From Promethearchaeota archaeon (lineage in GTDB: Archaea; Asgardarchaeota; Lokiarchaeia; Sigyniarchaeales; SOKP01): a DNA stretch of 64,000 bases. The stretch lies in the NCBI GenBank assembly GCA_016839555.1, contig JAEOUA010000003.1, positions 160,001 to 224,000 of the forward strand. Direction: 5' to 3'. The position numbers and the translations under genes were made by a program. Each line of letters begins with the position of its first letter. The stretch's first letter is position 1. Below the pieces are notes generated by a model. That model saw only the letters and a program-made list of their open reading frames with translations. It searched no databases and was not told where the DNA came from. Of the stretch, positions 46,220 through 56,122 are shown in pieces.

Positions 46220-47515
46220 ATGCCGAGTAAAATGGATTTTTATATAGGAGAGGCTTTAATTGGCGAGGCTCCGGATTTAGCTCACTTAGATGTGATGATT
46301 GGTTCAAAATCAGGTCCTGTGGGGTATGCTTTTTCACAGAGTTTAAGTCAGCCCTCTATGGGTCACGGTTCTCTTTTAGCAGTAATCAGACCAAATTTGG
46401 TACCAAAACCGCAAACTCTTATCATTCCGAAGGTCACGATATCTAAAATGGAAGAGGCGAATAAAATTTTTGGACCCGCCCAATCTGCAGTTGCGAAAGC
46501 TGTCGCTGATTCTGTTGAAGAAGGAGTAATTCCATTAAATAAAATAGACGAGTGGGTAATAATAGTTAATGTATTTATTCATCCAGAAGCAAAAGATTAC
46601 AGAAAAATATATCAATATAACTATGGCGCAACAAAGCTTGCATTAAAGCGCGCTTTAAATAATTATCCTCCTATTGAAAAGATCTTTTATGATAAAGATA
46701 GAGCGAAACATCCTGTTGCAGGAATAAAAGCTCCAAAATTATGGAGACCCCCCTATTTACAAATTGCACTCGATCATCCTTCTTTAGAACATCAAACTAA
46801 AGTAGTTAAACAACTACCTAAAAGTGATAGAATTATTCTAGAAGCTGGAACTCCTTTTCTTAAAAAATATGGCATGGAAGTAATTGAGAAAATAAGGGAA
46901 GCTGCCCCAAATAAATATATTGTTGCAGATCTTAAGACCCTAGACGTTGGAAAACTCGAAGTTGATGATGCATTTAATGCCGGAGCGGATGCTGTAGTGT
47001 GTAGTGGATTAGCATCTGCAGCATCAATAGATAAATTTCTGTTAGAAGCAGAAAGAATGGGGATTGATGGAATTATAGACATGATGGAAGTTCCAGATCC
47101 TGTCGCAAAGCTCGAAAAATTAAAGCAAATTCCCCGTGTAGTAATACTACATCGTGGAATCGATGCTGAACAATCAACAAAAATAGAAGGGACTAATGAG
47201 GCTCAAAAGAAAAGATGGGGCTTTGTTCCAAAAATAAAAGAACTATATAAAGATAAAGAGTTAGCAAGTGGGAGAGATAGAGTATTAGTAGCAGTAGCGG
47301 GAGGAATAGTACCAGAAACGGCAAGTGATGCGCTATCAATGGGAGCTGATATTTTAATCGTAGGGAGATTCATAACCAGCTCTAAAGACATAAAGAATTC
47401 AACACGAAGAATTATAAATATATTACCAGGGTATTCAGACATAGATTTAAAGAGAATCCATACTGAAGACGACGACAGAGAAGCTCTGGAAAAAGCTTTA
47501 AAGGAAAAAGATTAA
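46220..47515 (+). CDS. fae-hps: Bifunctional formaldehyde-activating enzyme / 3-hexulose-6-phosphate synthase
   Basis: Fae: IGEALIG…AHLD…GH..LLAVIRPNL..KP…IFGPAQSAVAKAVAD…YNYGATK. Hps: PYLQIALD, EAGTP, ADLKTLDVG, LHRGID, AVAGG, IVGR. ATG 46220 preferred over GTG 46181, which lies inside the operator. Confidence 0.95.
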   Translation: MPSKMDFYIGEALIGEAPDLAHLDVMIGSKSGPVGYAFSQSLSQPSMGHGSLLAVIRPNLVPKPQTLIIPKVTISKMEEANKIFGPAQSAVAKAVADSVEEGVIPLNKIDEWVIIVNVFIHPEAKDYRKIYQYNYGATKLALKRALNNYPPIEKIFYDKDRAKHPVAGIKAPKLWRPPYLQIALDHPSLEHQTKVVKQLPKSDRIILEAGTPFLKKYGMEVIEKIREAAPNKYIVADLKTLDVGKLEVDDAFNAGADAVVCSGLASAASIDKFLLEAERMGIDGIIDMMEVPDPVAKLEKLKQIPRVVILHRGIDAEQSTKIEGTNEAQKKRWGFVPKIKELYKDKELASGRDRVLVAVAGGIVPETASDALSMGADILIVGRFITSSKDIKNSTRRIINILPGYSDIDLKRIHTEDDDREALEKALKEKD

Positions 47516-47588
47516 AAATTATTTTTGTTTAACTAATTTTTACTCATTCTTCATTAATTAATATCTAATTTTTATTAATTATCATAAT

Positions 47589-49856
47589 TTATTGTTGTAT
47601 GGGTCTACTTTTATTTTTATAGATGGAATAAATGAATTGAGAAAAAATTCGGGCGTATTCCTCTTGATTGCTTATAATACTTATTAATTCTTGTTCCTTT
47701 TCTGAGGAAGGACAGAGAATTACCTCCTCGTCATCACGTGAAATAGCATAAAATCTTCCCTCTTTAGGAAGGTGACGGAAGATTACATTTCCACCTCTTA
47801 ATTTTCTCATTTCTTCCTTGAATTTTGTCATATCCCAGTGGCAGATTATAGTAATGTTTATGGATTTGTCTTCTGCGAGTTTTCTGGAAATTTCTTGTAA
47901 GATTTCAGGCACAACTATTGGAGTTATAATCATAAGCGATGATTTTGCTTGAAATATAGCGTCTACCATTGCTGATATTAGTGTTTCCCTTCCTAAAGTA
48001 TGCCAAGTAGTGATTTCTGATATTTCGGGTATTTCTTTTGATGCATTAAAAATATCCATTAATTTTTGTTCATTAGATTTCGCAGTCTCATTTGTATCAT
48101 GAATATAATTTTGAAATTTTGAGATCCAATCATTTATAGTATTTTTTATCTTTTGGATGGTATTTTTTGAGGTATTTGTAAGACTGTCTTGCAGAGTTTT
48201 AGTACTTTCTTCACAGTTACTTATATGATTTTCCAATAAGGTTGTTAAGTTAGAATTTAATTCGGTTGATTCTTCTTCCCAGGAGCTTATATGATTATTA
48301 ATTTTATCAGATATACTATTTTTGACATTGCTAAATTTATTATCAATACTTAAGACCCAAGAATCATTTTTTTTCTGAACATCTTGATTATAATCAGTAT
48401 AATGCCTTAATATGTCTTCTTTGTGTAAGTTGATTGCCTGATTGTATTGGTCATTATGTTCACTAATAGTTTTTTCTATTAAATCACTTAGTTTTACTGT
48501 TGTGTCTGAACAATCTTCAATACCAGAATTGAGAGTTTTTTCAATTTCTTTAGAGAGCTCAGAAGCTAAATGTTCCAATTGAATATCAATGGTGCTTTCA
48601 GCTTTTTGGTTAAGATCAGCTGTTTCCGTCGCTAAAGCGTTATTTTCGGTTGTAATTATTCCTGTCAACTCTAATTTTATTCTATCTGTGGTTTCTTTAT
48701 TTATTTGTATGAACTCATCACTGGTTTTCACAAAATCCTCTTTTAAAGGTTTGGAAAGTTCCAAGATCTCTTTTTTCACTTGCTCATACTTTTCTTTATA
48801 TTCTTCATGTTTTCCTCCCAATAAAGCTTTGAATGCAGAGAATCTACTGGAAAGATCTTTGGAAAGGTCTGTATATAAATCAGAGTATTGTAAAAGATTA
48901 TCAATTAATTGGCTTGTGGTTTCCTTAAATCTAGTAATTTCATTAACAACAGTTTCATTTTTTTCATCAAAAGTTGATTTTAAACTGTTTTTTAAATTCT
49001 CAGTTGTATTTTTCAAATTATTTATGTGATTATAAAGTAAATTAGAAATCTTATTCTTTAAATCAACTACAATTTTGTCCATTCTTTCGAAATATTTTTC
49101 AAGAATAAGATTCATTTTTGGTTGGAGCTCTCCCGCAGTCGTTTTATGTCGTTCATAATGTTCATCCAGTTCTTTTTTAAGCTCTATTTCCAGATCCTCT
49201 AATTTATTATTGAAATCACTCAATAATTCAGACATTAGGCGTTTAATATCATCTTTAGATGTTTTTATTTTATTTTCGTTTTGTTCTTTAAAAGATCCGG
49301 ATAGAGATTTTAAATCAGTATTTAAGGTATCCAAGATCTCCTGAACGTCTTTTTGAAAATCTTCACCAGTCGCAGTAAATTTATCTTTTGCTTTTATTAT
49401 TCTTTTTTCTTTACTTTGATTTTTCATATCGGTTTCTTTAATGAATATCTTGCTCTGAGAACTTAATGCATCAGTAAATTCCTCAATACTTTTTTTTTCT
49501 ATTTCTTCTAAGGTTTTAAATTGATTGGATTTATCCTTTGTTACTTGCCCTTTTAGTTTTGTAAGATTTTTTCGTAAATTTTCCGATTGTGAACTGTATA
49601 ATTCAAAGTAAGGCTCAAGAGGTATATATCTTTTTACTATACCTTCTATTTCCTTTAAAAATCCACTTTCTACCAATTTTTCTGTAATAGTGATAACAGT
49701 TTCATATTTAATTTCATTCTTTTTACCATATTTAAAAAATAAATAGACTTCCCCTACCGTGGCTCGGGGAACCCGACAATAAACCTCATAAATTGCTAGT
49801 TCATCCTCTGTAAGCCCATACTGGTCAAAAATCTCTTCTACAAATTTTTTTATCAT
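47589..49856 (-). CDS. TrmB-like wHTH plus long helical/coiled-coil region plus C-terminal TrmB/PLD-like domain
   Basis: GLTEDELAIY…LVESGFL…RYIPLEP; about 520 aa of amphipathic helix; AKSSLMIITP…RDDEEVILCP. Confidence 0.75.
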   Translation of the reverse strand: MIKKFVEEIFDQYGLTEDELAIYEVYCRVPRATVGEVYLFFKYGKKNEIKYETVITITEKLVESGFLKEIEGIVKRYIPLEPYFELYSSQSENLRKNLTKLKGQVTKDKSNQFKTLEEIEKKSIEEFTDALSSQSKIFIKETDMKNQSKEKRIIKAKDKFTATGEDFQKDVQEILDTLNTDLKSLSGSFKEQNENKIKTSKDDIKRLMSELLSDFNNKLEDLEIELKKELDEHYERHKTTAGELQPKMNLILEKYFERMDKIVVDLKNKISNLLYNHINNLKNTTENLKNSLKSTFDEKNETVVNEITRFKETTSQLIDNLLQYSDLYTDLSKDLSSRFSAFKALLGGKHEEYKEKYEQVKKEILELSKPLKEDFVKTSDEFIQINKETTDRIKLELTGIITTENNALATETADLNQKAESTIDIQLEHLASELSKEIEKTLNSGIEDCSDTTVKLSDLIEKTISEHNDQYNQAINLHKEDILRHYTDYNQDVQKKNDSWVLSIDNKFSNVKNSISDKINNHISSWEEESTELNSNLTTLLENHISNCEESTKTLQDSLTNTSKNTIQKIKNTINDWISKFQNYIHDTNETAKSNEQKLMDIFNASKEIPEISEITTWHTLGRETLISAMVDAIFQAKSSLMIITPIVVPEILQEISRKLAEDKSINITIICHWDMTKFKEEMRKLRGGNVIFRHLPKEGRFYAISRDDEEVILCPSSEKEQELISIISNQEEYARIFSQFIYSIYKNKSRPIQQ

Positions 49857-49953
49857 AAAAAATACCTGCCTTTCTTAATTAAACAATCTATTAAAATTAT
49901 TTTTTAATAATTAATAATACTATTTAAAATAGTCTTTAGTTTATTGAAAGTAA

Positions 49954-51744
49954 TTAGCTAAATTTATATAAGCTTTTATTTAGTTCCCTCAGATATTTCC
50001 TAAACATTTTAAGTATTTCACGATCATAAGTTAATATGCCGTTTACTTCTCCCTCAACATCAGTGATTTGAGTATAAATAGCAGCGCTCAATCCTTGTTC
50101 GATTAATGGTTTAAGTTTATCAATTAATTTTTTATATCTTTTCATTAATTTATCACGAGTGCGAATTTTCCTATACACAAATTTATTTTTAATCTCCCAC
50201 ATATGATTTTCAAACTCCAAACCTAGACCTCCAAATTCACCTATTACGGCAGCACGAAACCCAATTTTTTCAATCGGGGGCATTATGGGATTTGGATAAC
50301 TATGTTGATCAATGATATCTCCTACACCGAAATCAAACCAACCACTTGCTGCGTCTATAAGTCTTGAAGAATCTAAGTTTTTTATTAGATTTACTATGTT
50401 TTCTGTATCAAATTGACCCCATCCTTCATTAAAAGGAACCCAAGTAATAATGGATGGAAAATTAAAGAGATTCTTTATAATAGATTTAAGCTCGTTATAA
50501 TAATATTCTTTACTTTTTTCTCCTCGGGATTCTTTTAAATTATTAATATTCGGAGGTAGATCGCTTATATAATTAACCCCACCATTTGGCATGTCCTGCC
50601 AGACTAACATCCCAATCTTATCACAATGATAATACCAGCGGGCAGGTTCTACCTTCACATGCTTTCGAATCATGTTAAATCCGAGGTCTTTAGTAATTTC
50701 AATATCAAAGCGTAGACCTTCATCGGTGGGGGCCGTATAAAGTCCATCAGGCCAATATCCTTGATCCAATGTACCGTATTGAAATATTTTTTCGTTGTTG
50801 AGCTCAATAGTTTTAATTCCATTTATTTCCTTTCCAAGGCTTATTTTTCTCATCCCAAAATAGGATTCTATCTTATCTAAAGTCTCATTATTTTTTTTGA
50901 GTATTATTTTTAGATCATAAAGAAATGGACTTTCTGGGCTCCATAATTTTGGAGAAGGAATCTTTAAAAGAATATCTTTATTAATACTCGAAAGGGAAGC
51001 AACTATTTTATCATCTTCTTTTATATCAACTTGGATCATACACTTTGCTAATTCATTGTTAATTGAAATCGATAGATTTAGTGTTTCCTCATCAATATTG
51101 GGTTTTATTTTGATATTGCTAATATAGATTCTGCGAACTGGTTCAAGCCAAACCGTCTGCCAAATGCCCGAAACTGCAGTATACCAAATAATTTTAGGTT
51201 TTAAAGCCTGTTTACCACGTTCTTGTTCTCCCGTATCCGTAGGATCCCAGACTTTTACAATTAATTCATTATCTTTTTCATAATCAATATATTTAGAGAT
51301 TTCAAAAGAAAATGGTGTATATCCCCCTTTATGAACCCCCAATTTTTTCTTATTTATCCATACGCTTGCTTGCCAATCAACAGCTCCAAAATGTAGCAAT
51401 AGAAGTTTATTTTCCCAATCTTTAGGCACGCGAAAGAATCTTCTATAATACAATCTATATTTCGGTTTTAATTTCTTTTTTACTCCAGATAAAGCAGATT
51501 CGATGGGAAATGGAACAAGGATTTTACCGTCATAATTTTTAACTTCACTTTCCACTTTTGGGTATATAGCATAATCCCACAAACCGTTCAAATTTAGCCA
51601 TGCTTTGCGTTTCATTTGAGGCCTAGGGTATTCAGGAAGTGGGTTTTCAGGATTAATATCACCACTCCAGCAAGTTTTTATCTGATCTTCAATAGGCTTC
51701 CATTTGGAGCTTATGCTCGTATTTATCTTTTTTCTATCATTCAT
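49954..51744 (-). CDS. Glycoside hydrolase family 2
   Basis: EYPRPQM, NLNGLW, LHFGAVD, SGIWQTVWLE, LDQGYWPDG, RKHVKVEP, WVPFNEGWGQ, GEFGG. Confidence 0.93.
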   Translation of the reverse strand: MNDRKKINTSISSKWKPIEDQIKTCWSGDINPENPLPEYPRPQMKRKAWLNLNGLWDYAIYPKVESEVKNYDGKILVPFPIESALSGVKKKLKPKYRLYYRRFFRVPKDWENKLLLLHFGAVDWQASVWINKKKLGVHKGGYTPFSFEISKYIDYEKDNELIVKVWDPTDTGEQERGKQALKPKIIWYTAVSGIWQTVWLEPVRRIYISNIKIKPNIDEETLNLSISINNELAKCMIQVDIKEDDKIVASLSSINKDILLKIPSPKLWSPESPFLYDLKIILKKNNETLDKIESYFGMRKISLGKEINGIKTIELNNEKIFQYGTLDQGYWPDGLYTAPTDEGLRFDIEITKDLGFNMIRKHVKVEPARWYYHCDKIGMLVWQDMPNGGVNYISDLPPNINNLKESRGEKSKEYYYNELKSIIKNLFNFPSIITWVPFNEGWGQFDTENIVNLIKNLDSSRLIDAASGWFDFGVGDIIDQHSYPNPIMPPIEKIGFRAAVIGEFGGLGLEFENHMWEIKNKFVYRKIRTRDKLMKRYKKLIDKLKPLIEQGLSAAIYTQITDVEGEVNGILTYDREILKMFRKYLRELNKSLYKFS

Positions 51745-51829
51745 GTCTAATAATAGTCACTATAAACATTATAGCAATTCTCTTATATTATAAAAATATC
51801 TATTTTATATTAAATAAAAAATTTGAAAT

Positions 51830-53233
51830 TCAGAAACTCTGAAACCACAAATTAATATCGTTAGCAAACACGATTAAAAATATTAATATAATTAGGATTA
51901 TAATACAATAAATTGCTCCCATTCGAGGTTTTCTCTTATAATAAATATCTTTTGCCCTAGATTGATATTCTTTTGCTTTTGCTTCATAAAATGCTTTTAA
52001 ACCCTTAAGAGTAAGCGATAATTCTCCATTTTCTTCTTTAATATATTTATCTTTAATTAATTTATTTAGATATTTTTCTGCAATTTTGGGCCCTAAATCC
52101 TTATAGAAAAAATCGGCAAATCCTTGATAATATACACGTCCTAGTGATAATCCTTGTTTAAAATTTTCTAATAACTCACTTCTTATTATTCTTTCTCTTC
52201 TTATGCTTGCCAAGATATAGCCTGTTAATCGATTTTTATATAAATTATCACCATATACTTTAATATCACTAATATCAAACTCTTTCTCTTCCATTTTTCT
52301 CAATCCCCACAAAAATTCTATACCCTCTTTAAAGATTATAACAGCAATAATCAATCCAACAAGAGCATCAACAAAATAATACTTAAAAATAGAAAATATT
52401 AATCCAATGATCACTCCTATAGAAATCATTACATTTAATTGAGAATCCTTTGAATCACTTAAGAGTGATAAATTTCCAGACGTTCGACCTACTACACCTT
52501 TTGCCCACATTAATCCCCAATTTAATACTATGGATAAAAAACTTATTAAAAAAGCTTGAACAGTTGGAAAAATAGGCGTTAAATTAAACAATGCTTCTAT
52601 ACTTGACCATATCATTATACCTCCAGTAATAAACATAGTTAAAATGATTAAAACGCTGGCAATTTTATCCTTTCCTAGTTTTATTCCAATTAGAAAAATA
52701 ATTATTATTTTAATAAAGTCTGATAAGTTCTCAAATCCTTCCGATATAAGCCCTTGAGATGATAATTGGAAGCCAATGAAAATTTTTAATGATGATAAAA
52801 TAACCAAGCAAATGGTGGTTAGAATTAAAACTGCTTTTTCAGATAATAATCTCCTCATATAATGGGTTATCTGGGTAGTTTGTAAATATGTCAATTCCAC
52901 AAGCTTTTCTCCCTCGTCCGATAATTTAACAGAATTGGGATCAACTATTATTAGATTCTTATCTTTTGCGGTTTTTATGAATTCCATAACATCTTGTTCC
53001 TCCACTACTAATTGACTTGTAGTAGATATAAAAAACTTACGCATTTTAGACTTTAATTCTGTTATAGAAGTGATTCCGTCATAGATAAGAGAAAGAAATC
53101 CATATAAATAACTGGTATGAGGTTCTTTTGTTGTGTAGTTTTTTCTAATAATTCTCTCAAATTTATGATATTTTCTTCGTAATTCCTTTCTTTCAGATTC
53201 TGGAAATTTTGATTTTAATTTGGAAGCATTCAT
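51830..53233 (-). CDS. Cation diffusion facilitator-like TM domain flanked by wHTH-like domains
   Basis: Core SQGLISEGFENLSD…SLLSDSKDSQLN…DALVGLIIA; flanks AKDKNLI…KLSDEGEKL and LIKDKYI…LSLTLKG. Confidence 0.75.
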   Translation of the reverse strand: MNASKLKSKFPESERKELRRKYHKFERIIRKNYTTKEPHTSYLYGFLSLIYDGITSITELKSKMRKFFISTTSQLVVEEQDVMEFIKTAKDKNLIIVDPNSVKLSDEGEKLVELTYLQTTQITHYMRRLLSEKAVLILTTICLVILSSLKIFIGFQLSSQGLISEGFENLSDFIKIIIIFLIGIKLGKDKIASVLIILTMFITGGIMIWSSIEALFNLTPIFPTVQAFLISFLSIVLNWGLMWAKGVVGRTSGNLSLLSDSKDSQLNVMISIGVIIGLIFSIFKYYFVDALVGLIIAVIIFKEGIEFLWGLRKMEEKEFDISDIKVYGDNLYKNRLTGYILASIRRERIIRSELLENFKQGLSLGRVYYQGFADFFYKDLGPKIAEKYLNKLIKDKYIKEENGELSLTLKGLKAFYEAKAKEYQSRAKDIYYKRKPRMGAIYCIIILIILIFLIVFANDINLWFQSF

Positions 53234-53482
53234 AAGATCTAATTTATTTAAGAAGAATCTAATAATTAAGAAATTAAAGGTTTTTTTTTAAACCTTTCTA
53301 TATATAAAAAATTGTGATTTATAAGAGCTTCTTAATAAACTTAAAGTAAAAGAATCTTAAGATATTGAAGATTCTTTGAATAGTGGTTGTATTTTATTAG
53401 ATGAATGTCCTTTATATTTTATTTGAAAATTATTTATAATTATGATATATATTAAATAACCATAATAAATTAGGTGATAAAA

Positions 53483-53989
53483 TTGGTTGAACCAGAAGAA
53501 TTTTTAAAAATATTAAAAGAGAGGAGAACCATCCGATGTTTCAAAGACGAGATGATATCAGATAAAGAGCTAAATATGATATTAGAGGCGGGACAATGGG
53601 CGCCCACTGCGTCAAATAAACAAACTTGGAAGTTTATAGTAATTAAAAATAAAGAAATCATTAATAAATTAGCAAAGACTGCAATTTATGGTAAATTTGT
53701 TAGAGAAGCACCGGTTGTTGTTGCAATTATCGGATTTGTTCATGATAATCCAAATTGGTATATTCAAGATACAAGTTTAGCTTCAATGAATATGATGTTG
53801 ATGGCATGGGTGTTAAATATTGGAACTTGTTGGATTGGAAGCATGGACAGAGAAAAAGCAAAAGAAATAATTGGAATTAATAAAGATGATTTTCTTTTAA
53901 CAATCCTTCCTTTCGGCTATTTAAGGAAAAAAGTTCCAAATCCGCCCCCAAGGAAAGATCTGGATGAGATTTCAGAAGTAATAGAATAA
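53483..53989 (+). CDS. Nitroreductase family protein
   Basis: RRTIR, APTASNKQTW, GTCWIG, PFGY, PRK. TTG 53483 follows AGGTGA. Confidence 0.92.
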   Translation: MVEPEEFLKILKERRTIRCFKDEMISDKELNMILEAGQWAPTASNKQTWKFIVIKNKEIINKLAKTAIYGKFVREAPVVVAIIGFVHDNPNWYIQDTSLASMNMMLMAWVLNIGTCWIGSMDREKAKEIIGINKDDFLLTILPFGYLRKKVPNPPPRKDLDEISEVIE

Positions 53990-54011
53990 TTATGACTATT
54001 TTTATATTCCC

Positions 54012-55178
54012 CTAATTTCTTTTTAAAGTAAGTTCTTCTAATGCTTCTGGTGCTATAGTTAGTTTTATATATCCATCTTTAGTTATTAATACCGTATCAG
54101 AATGTCGGAATCCTCCAATTCCTGGAATGTATATACCTGGCTCAATGCTCACAACCATATTTGGTTCCAATACCCTATCATATCCTTCTGCTATATATGG
54201 TGCTTCATGAGAAGTCACTCCAAATCCATGACCAGTTCTATGAAGTATATAATCACTGTATCCGTTTTTATTAAGGAAATTTTTCACTTTTTTGTCTATC
54301 TCACTCATTATTATACCTGGTTTTAATAATTCATACGCTAAATTCCGAGCATTCATTATTATTTCAAATGGTTTTCTCGCTTTATCTGGAACAGAATTTA
54401 AAAAGAATGTCCGTTCTACCTCTGCACCATATCCATCTACTCTCGCCTGCACAATCGACACATGAGGTCCACCTTCCTCCATTTTAGCAAAGATATTTGG
54501 AACTAGATGAGGTTCATGAGAGATACTGGGTGGCCATACCGCTGCTGTTGTTTCAATAGCCTTAAAATTAGCATTAGGAATATCCATTATAATTTTAGAG
54601 GTCATAGCAGAGGTTGCTTCTTGATATAGGGCAAATTCTGCTACATCCGGCTTACATAATTTCAATAATTTTTGATGACCTCTACTGACGATCTTACTCG
54701 CATAAACAAGTCTTCCAATTTCATAATCACTTTTTATAAGTCTAACTTCCTCAATTATCTCTGACACAACTTTTTTTCCAGGTGTTTTTTGAAATATTTC
54801 CATAGGCATACTAGGTTCAATTCCAATTATAGCATTGGTATTAAAGATTTTTTGATACTTATCATACCAATTTTTACCTTCTGGAGCTGGAAATTCATTA
54901 TATTCAATTAATTCCAATTCGGGGACTACTCTGTCTCTAATATGTGCCACTTCAAGCAAAGGCACCACCATTTTTAGCGAGCCTTTATTACATATAATTA
55001 AGATAAATGGGCGTTCGTGAACATAAAAGGCAAAATTCGTCAAGTAATAAATATTTACAGGGTCAAAGCAAACAAAATAATCTAATTGCTCTTTTCCCAT
55101 TAAGGCTCTCACCTTTTCTAAACGATTTGCGAGCTCTTCCTTATTTGGTGGAGTTTTGATAACTTTTGGTTTTTTCAT
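54012..55178 (-). CDS. M24 family hydrolase (Xaa-Pro peptidase/creatinase-like)
   Basis: Creatinase_N-like domain; GYGAEVERT, HRTGHGFG, HEAP, EPGIY, RHSDT. Confidence 0.88.
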   Translation of the reverse strand: MKKPKVIKTPPNKEELANRLEKVRALMGKEQLDYFVCFDPVNIYYLTNFAFYVHERPFILIICNKGSLKMVVPLLEVAHIRDRVVPELELIEYNEFPAPEGKNWYDKYQKIFNTNAIIGIEPSMPMEIFQKTPGKKVVSEIIEEVRLIKSDYEIGRLVYASKIVSRGHQKLLKLCKPDVAEFALYQEATSAMTSKIIMDIPNANFKAIETTAAVWPPSISHEPHLVPNIFAKMEEGGPHVSIVQARVDGYGAEVERTFFLNSVPDKARKPFEIIMNARNLAYELLKPGIIMSEIDKKVKNFLNKNGYSDYILHRTGHGFGVTSHEAPYIAEGYDRVLEPNMVVSIEPGIYIPGIGGFRHSDTVLITKDGYIKLTIAPEALEELTLKRN

Positions 55179-55267
55179 TACTTTCTACCTAATTTTAATT
55201 TGAAAATTTTAAAAGTTAAAATTATAAATTCTGATAATAAATTGTTTATTTTTCAAATTAATAAAAG

Positions 55268-55280
55268 TATCAATTTGATA
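55268..55280. promoter_or_regulatory. Palindrome TATCAA-T-TTGATA upstream of the M24 gene
   Basis: Perfect 6-bp arms; same half-sites as at 56031-56055. Confidence 0.4.
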
Positions 55281-55367
55281 TAAAATATAGAAAAATAGCG
55301 CTTGCATTTATGATTAGAAAAATTATGTAAGAATTTAATACTTTCAAAAGAGTTTATTAAATAACTA

Positions 55368-55931
55368 TTAATCTAGAACAAATTCTAGATATATAAGGTT
55401 TGGAGACATCTTTTCTGTCTTGACTTTAAAAGCTAAATTAAAGTGGTTTTTTATTATGTTTTTAAAAAAGTGAATAAAAAATATAGAGAAGTTTTCATCT
55501 AAATCATGTAATCCTCTTAATATAATTAAATCTGATTTTTTCTTAACATCTAAAGTATTAAACCATTTCAATCCTTTCTTTCCAAAGAAATCTGTAAAGA
55601 ATTTATTATAATCTTTTATACTCTTTTTGTTCATTGGCTCCGCAATTGAAAATCTCATAATATCAGCAATCAAATCGGAATTAATTTCAGCATATTTCTT
55701 TAAATCAGTTTCAATTTGTGAATTAAAAAGTTCAATTAATAATGATTTTGATACAATTATCATATCATTAGTTTGATTTAAAAGCTCAAAATTTATCCAT
55801 TCCCTTAAGGCTTCTTTTGCCAACATGCCACGCGATTTATTAATCTGTTCTGAAAACAAATCCAACTTATTTAAAAGCTTTTGAGAAAGTCTGAATCCAA
55901 TAAAATTATTCGAGTTTTTTTTATCAGCCAT
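55368..55931 (-). CDS. Ribbon-helix-helix regulator with a C-terminal domain
   Basis: FIGFRLSQKLLNKLDLFSEQINKSRGMLAKEALREWI. Confidence 0.8.
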   Translation of the reverse strand: MADKKNSNNFIGFRLSQKLLNKLDLFSEQINKSRGMLAKEALREWINFELLNQTNDMIIVSKSLLIELFNSQIETDLKKYAEINSDLIADIMRFSIAEPMNKKSIKDYNKFFTDFFGKKGLKWFNTLDVKKKSDLIILRGLHDLDENFSIFFIHFFKNIIKNHFNLAFKVKTEKMSPNLIYLEFVLD

Positions 55932-56030
55932 TTTTACTCAACAAAATGTAAATTTATAATAAATTTTTAAGCATATTTTTTCAATATTCTTAATAAAAAA
56001 TTATATTTTCATAAGTTAACTAAATTGTCA

Positions 56031-56055
56031 TGATCAATATTTGATATCAATGATA
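56031..56055. promoter_or_regulatory. Cluster of overlapping ATCA/TGAT palindromes in the divergent RHH / methyltransferase-ligase promoter
   Basis: TGATCAATATTTGATATCAATGATA contains ATCAA-tat-TTGAT, TTGATATCAA and TATCA-a-TGATA. Confidence 0.5.
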
Positions 56056-56122
56056 ACATTTAAATATTTTTAATAATTTTTAATCAATTAAATAAAAAAA
56101 AATTAAGGAATATTTTAAAAAA

